Below, piece by piece: positions 16,002 to 24,250 of a stretch of DNA of 25,237 nt. Origin of the DNA: Eubacteriales bacterium. GTDB lineage: Bacteria; Bacillota; Clostridia; Oscillospirales; CAG-272. Location of the stretch: the NCBI GenBank assembly GCA_045587605.1, contig JAZNCR010000123.1, positions 1 through 25,237 on the forward strand, read 5' to 3'. A model generated the notes under the pieces. That model saw nothing but the letters and a program-made list of their open reading frames with translations. It had not been told where the DNA came from and ran no database searches. Position 1 is the stretch's first letter. Every line of letters starts with the position of its first letter. Position numbers and translations under genes: made by a program.

Positions 16002-16463
16002 TTACGCGTCGGCGTCGGTCCCGTTCGCTTCTGCGCGGGAAACGACCGACGCCACCGTAACGTCACAGCGGACAGCCATTACCCGGCGGGAATAAATGCC
16101 GAGAAAAACAAAAGTGCCCGCAAAACCGCAGAAAGCGGAAATATATCTGCCGATCATACCAAAGGAAAACAGATCGGCGGCAAAATAAAACAGAAATGCC
16201 AGGGCAAGCGGAAGCAGAAAAACAAGCGCACCGTAGCCAAGCACGCGGGAGGAGGAGGTGCAGAGCAAAACGGTGTCCCCCACCTCGGCCCCCACGGGAT
16301 TATATGCACGCGTCGTCAAAGCGGATTTATCTCCCATCAGCATACACATGGCACAGCCGCGCCCTGCCTCCCGGGCATGACATCCGTCACAGGCCGATTT
16401 CCGATCGGTCCGCACGGTGGCATAATCCCCGTCAAGTGAAATGACAACCGCCGTCGTTTCCAT
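16002..16463 (-). CDS. RseC/MucC-family membrane protein (153 aa)
   Basis: N-terminal RKSACDGC, NPVGAEVGDTV, and two C-terminal TM helices (GALVFLLPL...). Start taken as ATG 16463. Confidence 0.75.
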   Translation of the reverse strand: METTAVVISLDGDYATVRTDRKSACDGCHAREAGRGCAMCMLMGDKSALTTRAYNPVGAEVGDTVLLCTSSSRVLGYGALVFLLPLALAFLFYFAADLFSFGMIGRYISAFCGFAGTFVFLGIYSRRVMAVRCDVTVASVVSRAEANGTDADA

Positions 16464-16534
16464 CCCTGTGCCCTGCTTTCTTCCCCAAAATCGTTTCGTC
16501 CCAAGGGACGGTTTCTCCGTTCGGCACAAATCCG

Positions 16535-18163
16535 TTACGGAGCAAAGCGGGACAAAACGGCAAGCGCCGTCCGCAGACCGTCGACTGCCGCCGACGTAAT
16601 CCCGCCTGCGTAACCCGCGCCCTCGCCCGCGGGATAAACCCCGGGATGCGCGAGTGCCTGTCCGTTCTCACCGCGCAAAATCCGCAGAGGAGCGGAGGTT
16701 CTTGTCTCCACACCCGACAAAAGTGCATCGGGTGCATCAAAGCCGCGCAAGCGCCGTCCAAGCAGAGGAAGCGATCTGCGCAGCGAAGCGCTGACAAAAT
16801 CGGGCAGAACCGAATCGAGTGCCGTCATGCGGAAACGGGTACCGTCCATATAGGTCGGCATAATCCGCCCGGGCTCGTGCAGCCCGACAGCTCGGCCGTC
16901 GAGAAAATCCCCGACCGTCTCAAGCGGAACCGAAAAGTCCCCTCCGCCCGCCGTATACGCCGCACGCTCAAGCTGCCGCTGAAAGGCAATTGCCTCCATC
17001 GGCGTGCCGCCGTAATCCTCGGGGCGAACCGACACCGCAACGGCGGAATTGGCATTCCGGCCGTCGCGCGCGTGCGCACTCATGCCGTTTACCACGACGC
17101 CGCCCGCCTCGGACGCGGCGGCAATTACCGTTCCGCCCGGGCACATACAAAAGGTGTAAACACCGCGGTCGCCCGTTGTGTCGGAGAGTGTATATTCTCC
17201 GCAGCCGAGTGCCGGATGGCCGGCAAGCTCGCCGAAGAGTGCACGGTCAATATCGGTCTGCAGATGCTCGATGCGCACGCCGACCGAAAAAGGCTTTGGT
17301 TCAATCGCAAATCCGCGCTCCATCAGCATCGCATAGGTATCCCGCGCACTGTGACCGGGAGCAAGAATCAGAGATTCCGTCACGAAATCGCCGTCGGTCG
17401 TGCGGGCCCTGACCAAGCCCGACGCACACAGCACGTCGTCCAGACGGCATCGGTAGCGGATTTCGCCGCCGAGTGCCGTGATCCGATCTGCCATTGCGGC
17501 AATCACACGGCGAAGCAAATCGGTGCCGATATGCGGCTTGGCGCGCCACAGAATCTCCTCGGGGGCACCAAACTCAACGAATCGGGAAAGCACGTAACGG
17601 CAAAGCGGGTCATGAATCCGTGTGACGAGCTTGCCGTCCGAGAAGGTCCCCGCCCCTCCTGCACCAAATTGCACGTTCGATTCGGGATCAAGCGGGCCGC
17701 CCGCAAGAAAAGCATCGACCCGCGATGCGCGGGTCTCAACCGGATCTCCCCGTTCGAGAAGGAGCGGGCAAAGCCCTTCCTCGGCCAAAAGCAACGCAGA
17801 AAAAAGTCCTGCCGGCCCCATGCCCACGACGATCGGCCGATGACGGAGAGGAAGCTTTCCTCTGACAATCCGCAGCGGTTCACAGTCGGCGGCAGAGATC
17901 CCGTTCGCCCGAAGGCGGGCCTCGTCGGGCAGGCGGGTCTGCGGCAGTTCGACCACTGCCGTACAGACAAAGGCAATTTCCCCGCCGCCGCGCCGGCGGG
18001 CATCAATTGAACGCTTATGCATCCGGCAGGCGATCGGGCGCGCGGAAATTCCCGCACGGCGCAGCTGCCGGACGGCCGCCTCGGTAAGTGCGTCCTCGCC
18101 TTCATCAAGCGAAAGACGCAGTCCCGACACAAGCAGTGTCAGAATCGGTTCGGACTGCTTCAT
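16535..18163 (-). CDS. Uncharacterised NAD(P)/FAD-dependent oxidoreductase
   Basis: VVGMGPAG, GAGGAGTFSDGKL, TFCMCPGG, GVETRTSAP and GEGAGYAGGITSAAVDG motifs. 1-nt overlap with the cdaR stop. Confidence 0.88.
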   Translation of the reverse strand: MKQSEPILTLLVSGLRLSLDEGEDALTEAAVRQLRRAGISARPIACRMHKRSIDARRRGGGEIAFVCTAVVELPQTRLPDEARLRANGISAADCEPLRIVRGKLPLRHRPIVVGMGPAGLFSALLLAEEGLCPLLLERGDPVETRASRVDAFLAGGPLDPESNVQFGAGGAGTFSDGKLVTRIHDPLCRYVLSRFVEFGAPEEILWRAKPHIGTDLLRRVIAAMADRITALGGEIRYRCRLDDVLCASGLVRARTTDGDFVTESLILAPGHSARDTYAMLMERGFAIEPKPFSVGVRIEHLQTDIDRALFGELAGHPALGCGEYTLSDTTGDRGVYTFCMCPGGTVIAAASEAGGVVVNGMSAHARDGRNANSAVAVSVRPEDYGGTPMEAIAFQRQLERAAYTAGGGDFSVPLETVGDFLDGRAVGLHEPGRIMPTYMDGTRFRMTALDSVLPDFVSASLRRSLPLLGRRLRGFDAPDALLSGVETRTSAPLRILRGENGQALAHPGVYPAGEGAGYAGGITSAAVDGLRTALAVLSRFAP

Positions 18164-19479
18164 CAGCCTACCCTCATCCGTATGGTATAGGTGCCGACTG
18201 CATAGACCTTTCCGTTGAGCGCAGAGCTGATCGGCACAATCGTCACGGGAACGTTGATCACGCCCGAAACGTTGGCATAATTCGTCAGATCAACCGACAC
18301 CGCCATATGGCGCTCGGAAATATTCCTGACAATCGAATCGGCAGCACGGATAGAGAAATGAAATACCGGCTCAAGGAATTCATATTCAAGCTCTTCCCCC
18401 TCGGGCAGCTCCACACCGATTGCGGAGGAATCGGTCGAAAGCTCCTTGAGTGTTGTACCGATATGAACGACCTCAAAGGTGATATTCTCGATCTTATCTA
18501 CGTCAATCACCCCGTCGGGCAGGGAGATTTTCACCCGCTGCGTATGATTGTCCGCCAATTTTGTTTCGTCAATCTGGAGAGCAAAATACTCTTCAATATC
18601 CGCAAGAAGCATCGGATCTGCCCGGAGCATGAGCTTGGAGGGCGTGACGTTGACCCTTGCATTTTCGGAATTCAGATAACCGTACTTGAAGGAATAGGTC
18701 ACAGGAACCTCCTTGTACATATACACGGGAACGGTCACCAAAACGTCTGTCGTGTCCACACGGACATAGGGGTTGGCAATTTCCTCCCCCTTGTCACCCA
18801 CCAGCATCAAGGGAACACGCTGGGTGACGCTGGAGCTCAGGTGCCCGAGATTCAGTTCTGCACGGGCGTAGGCAATTGTTTCGAGAACACTCGCCGGTCC
18901 GCTCACCGAAACCTCGTCAATATTGGCTTCAATGAGGCCAAGCCCGAGTGTCGCATCCATCGTGTAATACGGGATAATATCAACCGGAACCGTCTTGGTT
19001 TCAATCTGGTCGGTATAAACGCTGAGGGCGTTCGGCGAAATATCCACCACCGTCAGCTCCGCAGGTGCGGCGGCTTCCACTTCAAGCTGATGCCGTCCCG
19101 CCTCCGCAATGCCGAGCAGATTGATATATGCCGAAAGATCTGCCGAGGTATACTTGCGGATATCACTCTTTTTTCCCTTGACCGTAACGCTGACCGTCGC
19201 GTCGTAGCCGCTGATGACCGACATGTTGTAGTCGGAGGCAAGCTGTCCCTCGTTCTCAATGTTCACAAGAACACCCGTAAAGGTTTTTTCGATGTCCACG
19301 TTATCCACGCTCATGGCATAAAGCCAGATGATCACAGCGGCAAGCGTGCAGAGAATTCTTGCGATCATGTCCTGCTTACGCCCGGTACGGACGGTATAAT
19401 CGCCGGTCATTTCGTTCTGATGCGCTTCGTATTTCGTCTCATCCAGCGAAAAATCGCGGTCGTTCTTTGTATTTTTCAC
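18163..19479 (-). CDS. cdaR: CdaR/YbbR-domain regulator of diadenylate cyclase
   Basis: Single TM (ILCTLAAVIIWLYAM) followed by repeated YbbR-like beta domains (VSVTVKGKKS, VSVSGPASVL); directly downstream of cdaA. GTG start 8 nt after GGAGGT. Confidence 0.85.
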   Translation of the reverse strand: MKNTKNDRDFSLDETKYEAHQNEMTGDYTVRTGRKQDMIARILCTLAAVIIWLYAMSVDNVDIEKTFTGVLVNIENEGQLASDYNMSVISGYDATVSVTVKGKKSDIRKYTSADLSAYINLLGIAEAGRHQLEVEAAAPAELTVVDISPNALSVYTDQIETKTVPVDIIPYYTMDATLGLGLIEANIDEVSVSGPASVLETIAYARAELNLGHLSSSVTQRVPLMLVGDKGEEIANPYVRVDTTDVLVTVPVYMYKEVPVTYSFKYGYLNSENARVNVTPSKLMLRADPMLLADIEEYFALQIDETKLADNHTQRVKISLPDGVIDVDKIENITFEVVHIGTTLKELSTDSSAIGVELPEGEELEYEFLEPVFHFSIRAADSIVRNISERHMAVSVDLTNYANVSGVINVPVTIVPISSALNGKVYAVGTYTIRMRVG

Positions 19480-19497
19480 ACCGTCATACCTCCCCCG

Positions 19498-20382
19498 TCA
19501 GGATTTTTTCTCCGAATCTGCTTCGTCCCCACCGGGGCGGCGTCCGAATCTGCGATGCGATTGCCCCTTCGTGTGGGAGGCAGGCTCGAGAATCGAGAGC
19601 AGTTCCTTTTTGAGTGTACTGTAATTGAAGTTGCGTTTAAGCTTTCCCTCGTACGCAACCGAGATGGTTCCCGTTTCCTCCGAGACGACAATGACGGGTG
19701 CATCACTGATTTCGCTCATCCCGATCGCGGCACGGTGACGCGTGCCGAGATCCTTGACGATGTCCTCCCGCGTGGAGAGGGGCAAAAAACATCCGGCCGC
19801 ATAAACGCGATAATCACGGACGATGACCGCGCCGTCGTGCAGCGGGGCTTTGTTATAGAAAATATTCCGCAGAAGATGAGAGCTTGCCTGCGCGTTGACA
19901 ACCACGCCGCTCTTGATGTACTCGCCGAGCTTGGTCGAGCGCTCAATCACGATCAGCGCGCCCGTTTTCTCGCGGGAGAGATCGCACGCCGCCTCGGTGA
20001 TCGCATCAACCACTTCCCTTACCTGTTCGGCACCCTTCTGCTCGGCAATATTCTTCAGCCCCGTCATCGGCGTCGCGCCAACCTTCTCCAGTGCCGCACG
20101 GAGCTCCGGCTGAAAGAGCACGAGAAGCGCCATAATACCGACCTGATAGAAGTTCTGCAGGATAAAATTGAGCGCACGCATCTCGAGTGCCGTGCTGACG
20201 ATCAGAACAAAGATGATCAGAAGCACGCCCACCGCAAGCTTTCCCGCACGGCGGTCACGGATAAAGCGATACACGTAAAAAAGCAGAACGGCCAAAAGAA
20301 CAATATCAAACACATCGACCCAGCGGATTTCTCTGAACGGAGAAAAAACGTAAAGGTCAAGAAAGCGCATAACGGATTCCAT
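19498..20382 (-). CDS. cdaA: Diadenylate cyclase CdaA (DacA)
   Basis: N-terminal TM region, LFQPELRAALE, KTGALIVIER, and catalytic HDGA and GTRHRAAIG motifs. Confidence 0.96.
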   Translation of the reverse strand: MESVMRFLDLYVFSPFREIRWVDVFDIVLLAVLLFYVYRFIRDRRAGKLAVGVLLIIFVLIVSTALEMRALNFILQNFYQVGIMALLVLFQPELRAALEKVGATPMTGLKNIAEQKGAEQVREVVDAITEAACDLSREKTGALIVIERSTKLGEYIKSGVVVNAQASSHLLRNIFYNKAPLHDGAVIVRDYRVYAAGCFLPLSTREDIVKDLGTRHRAAIGMSEISDAPVIVVSEETGTISVAYEGKLKRNFNYSTLKKELLSILEPASHTKGQSHRRFGRRPGGDEADSEKKS

Positions 20383-20420
20383 ATTTTCGTCTCCCGTCTC
20401 GAAAAAGATGTCTATTTTAT

Positions 20421-20449
20421 ATTATATCACAACCGGGGACGAATTTCAA
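20421..20449 (-). promoter_or_regulatory. Sigma-A promoter for the cdaA-led gene run
   Basis: Minus strand TTGAAA (20449-20444), 17 nt spacer, TG-extended TATAAT (20426-20421). Confidence 0.8.
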
Positions 20450-20540
20450 ACATTTCTGCTAAATTCGTCTGAAAATTTTTTCGTTTTTTTGTTCTTCGGC
20501 CAATATTTTCTGTTTTTTTCTTTCGTTCACAAAATCCCCC

Positions 20541-20569
20541 TTGTTTTTTTCTCTTTTTTCATCGATAAT
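20541..20569 (+). promoter_or_regulatory. Possible sigma-A promoter for the TVP38/DedA gene
   Basis: TTGTTT (20541-20546), 17 nt spacer, GATAAT (20564-20569). Both hexamers are imperfect. Confidence 0.4.
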
Positions 20570-20601
20570 ATCAGTATATTTGACAGAAAGGAGGAGCCCG
20601 A

Positions 20602-21312
20602 ATGCGACACGGAAATCGGACCGATTCAGGCCGCAGGCTTTGCGGCGCGGCCGTAATCTTTATTTTCCTTCTCTTCTGTGCTCTGGTGTTCTGGTTTATC
20701 GGCCGGCCAATGCTTGCCTTGGTGGAGAATCCCGAGCAATTTCGCCTGTGGGTTGACGCACACGGGATATGGGGGCGGCTGATTTTCGTCGGAATGGTTG
20801 TTGTCCAGATGGCGGTGGCCTTGATTCCGGGAGAGCCGCTTGAGATCGGTGCGGGATATGCGTTCGGCGTGTTCGAGGGGACTCTGCTTTGCCTTGCGGG
20901 CATTCTGATCGGCAGTGTCCTGATTTTCGGTTTTGTACGCACCTTCGGGGTACGGGTTGTGGAAATTTTCTACCCTCGCGAAAAAATTCGCTCGATGAAA
21001 TTTCTCCAAAACCACCGTCGGCTCAACACCGTCACCTTTTTGCTCATGCTTCTCCCCGGCACGCCGAAGGATCTGCTCTCCTATTTCGTCGGACTCACCG
21101 ACATGAAGCTCTCCACCTGGCTTCTCATTTCCACCTGTGCGCGAATCCCGTCCGTCCTTTCCTCAACCGTCAGCGGCGGAGCACTCGGCGAGCAGAACTA
21201 CATCCTTGCCCTCATCGTACTCGCCGTCACCGCCGCACTCAGTCTGATCGGACTCGGAATCTATCGCCTGGTCCATATCAAGAACAGCGCTTCCGCAGAC
21301 AGCTCCGATTGA
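20602..21312 (+). CDS. TVP38/TMEM64 (VTT-domain, DedA superfamily) membrane protein
   Basis: PGEPLEIGAGYAFG and LLPGTPKDLLSYFVGLT motifs, several TM helices, strong AAAGGAGG SD. Confidence 0.88.
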   Translation: MRHGNRTDSGRRLCGAAVIFIFLLFCALVFWFIGRPMLALVENPEQFRLWVDAHGIWGRLIFVGMVVVQMAVALIPGEPLEIGAGYAFGVFEGTLLCLAGILIGSVLIFGFVRTFGVRVVEIFYPREKIRSMKFLQNHRRLNTVTFLLMLLPGTPKDLLSYFVGLTDMKLSTWLLISTCARIPSVLSSTVSGGALGEQNYILALIVLAVTAALSLIGLGIYRLVHIKNSASADSSD

Positions 21313-21414
21313 CTGCGCATACCGTCCGCACCTTACTTATGGATATTACACAACATTTTCCACCATTTGAACGCATTTTAATTCAAAAAATCTCTTTTCT
21401 TTTTCTAAAAATTG

Positions 21415-21431
21415 TGATATAATGATATAAT
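21415..21431 (+). promoter_or_regulatory. Tandem extended -10 elements upstream of the oxidoreductase operon
   Basis: TGA-TATAAT at 21415-21423 and again at 21423-21431. No good -35. Confidence 0.6.
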
Positions 21432-21487
21432 CAAAAAAACGCAGGGGAGGGATCGTTATTCCGCAAATTACACTTCCCTTTGCCGAA

Positions 21488-22162
21488 ATGCCCCGGCTTC
21501 TCGTCATCGTCGGTCATTACGGCGCAGGCAAAACCAACGTCGCCGTCAATCTTGCCCACCGGCTTCACGCGGCAGGCCGTGCGGTAACCTTGGTCGATCT
21601 GGATATTGTAAATCCCTATTTCCGTGCCGCAGATGCAGAGGAATCGCTTCGTGCCGTCGGCATCGACTATATCAATCCGCCGTATGCCAACACGAACGTT
21701 GACGTGCCGGTTCTCGGTGCGGAGATTCAGCGTGTCTTCCCGCTCGTCGAACGTGATCCCACAGCCACCGTCGTTTTTGACCTCGGCGGCGACAACGGCG
21801 CGGTTGCACTCGGGCGGTTCTATGCCGAATTTACACGGCTCGGCTACACCATGCTTCTGGTGGAAAATCTCTACCGTCCCCTGACCGAAACGGCAGAAGC
21901 CATGCTTGAGAATCTTCGCGAGATCGAATATTACGCGCGGCTCCGCTGCTCAGCCATCATCAACAACAGCAATCTCGGCGATGAAACGACGGTCGAGGAA
22001 ATTCTTGCCGCTCAGCCGACGATGGAAGCCTTTTCCCGTCTATCCGGACTCCCGCTTGCCTGTACAACGGTATGCGAGCCCCTCCGGGCAGACGATCCCG
22101 CATTTGCGTCACTCGACGCCCCGTTGTGGCAAATCAAAAACCACACACGGCGTATGTTTTAA
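21488..22162 (+). CDS. P-loop NTPase (MinD/ParA/CobQ-like) of unknown function
   Basis: VGHYGAGKTN Walker A, LVDLDIVNPYFR and VFDLGGD motifs. The start codon is uncertain (see findings). Confidence 0.8.
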   Translation: MPRLLVIVGHYGAGKTNVAVNLAHRLHAAGRAVTLVDLDIVNPYFRAADAEESLRAVGIDYINPPYANTNVDVPVLGAEIQRVFPLVERDPTATVVFDLGGDNGAVALGRFYAEFTRLGYTMLLVENLYRPLTETAEAMLENLREIEYYARLRCSAIINNSNLGDETTVEEILAAQPTMEAFSRLSGLPLACTTVCEPLRADDPAFASLDAPLWQIKNHTRRMF

Positions 22163-22191
22163 ATTCAAAATCCAAATGAAGGAGAACAGAT

Positions 22192-22404
22192 ATGAACAAA
22201 GTCAGCTTTTCCGTCGATCTTTGCAAGGGCTGCGGTCTGTGTACGCAGGTCTGCCCCAAGAAGATCCTCATCCTTGCCCCTGACACCCTCAACGCAAAGG
22301 GCTATCATCCCGCAGTCGTTACCGACATGGAAAAATGCATTGCCTGTGCAATGTGCGCAACCATGTGCCCCGATTCGGTCATCCGGGTCGAGCGAGACGT
22401 TTGA
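22192..22404 (+). CDS. 2x[4Fe-4S] ferredoxin-like delta subunit of 2-oxoacid:ferredoxin oxidoreductase
   Basis: CKGCGLCTQVCP and CIACAMCATMCP; GAAGGAG SD. Confidence 0.93.
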   Translation: MNKVSFSVDLCKGCGLCTQVCPKKILILAPDTLNAKGYHPAVVTDMEKCIACAMCATMCPDSVIRVERDV

Positions 22405-22432
22405 TTGAATTTTCAAGAAAGGATAACTACAT

Positions 22433-23497
22433 ATGGCACAAAAGGTTCTTATGAAGGGCAACGAAGTGATTGCCGAGGCGGCAATCAAAAACGGCTGCGT
22501 CCATTTCTTCGGTTACCCGATCACCCCCCAGACCGAAATTGCTGAATATCTGGCCAAGCGTCTGCCGCAGGTCGGCGGGCTCTGCCTGCAGGCAGAGAGT
22601 GAAGTCGCGGCCATCAATATGGTGCTTGGCGCCGCTGCTGCCGGCACGCGCGTCATGACCTCCTCCTCCTCCCCCGGAATCTCGCTCAAGAGCGAGGGCA
22701 TCAGCTACCTCGTCGGCAGTGACCTGCCCTGCGTTATCGTTAACGTACAGCGCGGCGGCCCCGGTCTGGGCGGCATTCAGCCCTCTCAGGCCGACTACTA
22801 TCAGGCCACCAAGGCAAACGGTCACGGCGACCTGCATCTCTACGTGCTCGCACCTGCATCGGTACAGGAAATCGCAAGTCTGACCGGTCATGCATTTGAC
22901 GTTGCGGACAAGTATCGCACGCCTGCCATGATCCTGGCCGACGGTGCGCTTGGACAAATGATGGAGCCGGTCGTTTTCGACGTAGAAGAGAAAAAGGATC
23001 TTCCCGAGAAAACATGGGCCGCAAACGGCCACGGCGGCAAGCGCGAGAGAAACATCATCAACTCCCTCTTCCTCAACCCGAACGAGCTTGAGGACTCGAT
23101 CAAGGCTCGCTTTGCCCGCTATGCCGAGATCGAAGAGAACGAGGTCCTTTACGAGGAAGTGATGGTTGATGACGCCGACATCGTGATCGTCGCATACGGC
23201 ATCACCTCGCGTATCTGCAAAACGGCAATCTCGGCCGCCCGTGCCAAGGGCATCAAGGTCGGTCTCGTTCGTCCCATCACCCTTTGGCCCTTCCCCAAGG
23301 CTCCCCTCAAGAAGGCTGCCGAGACGGCGAAGCACTTCATGGTGGTTGAGCTCAACATGGGTCAGATGATCGATGACGTTAAGGTATCGATCGACTGTGC
23401 AAAGCCGGTATCCTTCTACGGACGCACCGGCGGTGTCATGCCTTCTGCCGAGGAAGTGCTGGCTGAAATCGAAAAAATTGCAGGAGGGCTGAACTAA
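22433..23497 (+). CDS. vorB: 2-oxoacid:ferredoxin oxidoreductase alpha subunit (VorB-like)
   Basis: MKGNEVIAEAA, GYPITPQTEI, QAESEVAAINM, TSSSSPGISLK and QRGGPGLG motifs. Confidence 0.9.
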   Translation: MAQKVLMKGNEVIAEAAIKNGCVHFFGYPITPQTEIAEYLAKRLPQVGGLCLQAESEVAAINMVLGAAAAGTRVMTSSSSPGISLKSEGISYLVGSDLPCVIVNVQRGGPGLGGIQPSQADYYQATKANGHGDLHLYVLAPASVQEIASLTGHAFDVADKYRTPAMILADGALGQMMEPVVFDVEEKKDLPEKTWAANGHGGKRERNIINSLFLNPNELEDSIKARFARYAEIEENEVLYEEVMVDDADIVIVAYGITSRICKTAISAARAKGIKVGLVRPITLWPFPKAPLKKAAETAKHFMVVELNMGQMIDDVKVSIDCAKPVSFYGRTGGVMPSAEEVLAEIEKIAGGLN

Positions 23498-24249
23498 TGG
23501 TAGTATTTGAGAAACCCAAGGCACTGACAGACGTTCCGCTTCACTACTGCCCCGGCTGTACGCACGGTATCGTACACCGTCTGGTCGCCGAAGCAATGGA
23601 TGCACTTGAGATCACCGACCATGCCGTCGGCGTTGCCCCTGTCGGCTGCTCGGTATTTGCCTATAACTATTTTGCCTGTGACATGATCCAGGCCGCACAC
23701 GGCCGCGCACCGGCGGTTGCAACCGGTGTTAAGCGCACCCATCCGAATGCGGTCGTATTTACTTACCAGGGTGACGGTGACCTTGCCGCCATCGGTACGG
23801 CCGAGACGGTTCACGCCGCGACCCGCGGTGAGAACATCACCATTATCTTCATCAACAACGCCATTTACGGTATGACGGGCGGTCAGATGGCCCCCACCAC
23901 GCTGCCGGGTCAGGTAACCACTACCTCTCCCTACGGCCGCGACCCCAAAATCCAGGGTAACCCCATCCGTGTCTGCGAAATGCTCTCCACCCTTGACGGC
24001 GTTGCTTATGCAGAGCGCGTTTCGGTTGACTCCCCCAAGAACGTCAACCGCGCAAAGAAGGCAATTCAGAAGGCCTTCCAGAATCAGCTTGACGGTAAGG
24101 GCTTCTCGATCGTTGAGGTCCTCTCGACCTGTCCCACCAACTGGGGTATGTCGCCGGCCGATTCGCTTGAGTGGCTGCGTCAGAACATGATGCCCTACTA
24201 TCCGCTCGGTGTTTATAAGGATATCGACGAACAGAAGGAGGAGAAGTAA
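23497..24249 (+). CDS. 2-oxoacid:ferredoxin oxidoreductase beta (TPP-binding) subunit
   Basis: HYCPGCTHG, GCS, HGRAPAVATG, QGDGDLAAIG...NNAIYGMTGGQ motifs. TAATG overlap with the alpha subunit. Confidence 0.92.
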   Translation: MVVFEKPKALTDVPLHYCPGCTHGIVHRLVAEAMDALEITDHAVGVAPVGCSVFAYNYFACDMIQAAHGRAPAVATGVKRTHPNAVVFTYQGDGDLAAIGTAETVHAATRGENITIIFINNAIYGMTGGQMAPTTLPGQVTTTSPYGRDPKIQGNPIRVCEMLSTLDGVAYAERVSVDSPKNVNRAKKAIQKAFQNQLDGKGFSIVEVLSTCPTNWGMSPADSLEWLRQNMMPYYPLGVYKDIDEQKEEK

Positions 24250-24250
24250 G

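Noticed and set aside
18088-20472. 794-aa plus-strand ORF antisense to cdaR and cdaA
   Set aside because: It is in exact codon register with both real genes, which share a frame. Scarcity of TTA/CTA/TCA codons in GC-rich genes removes antisense stops. It has no SD and no recognisable motifs.
21412-21429. Rex-like operator (TTGTGA...) at the oxidoreductase promoter
   Set aside because: Only the left half-site matches TTGTGAA-N4-TTCACAA. The sequence is better explained as tandem extended -10 elements.
22405-22422. TTGAA-TT-TTCAA palindrome / CodY-like sequence before vorB
   Set aside because: Only 11/15 match, AT-rich, and it lies in a 28-nt intra-operon gap overlapping the SD. Not distinguishable from chance.
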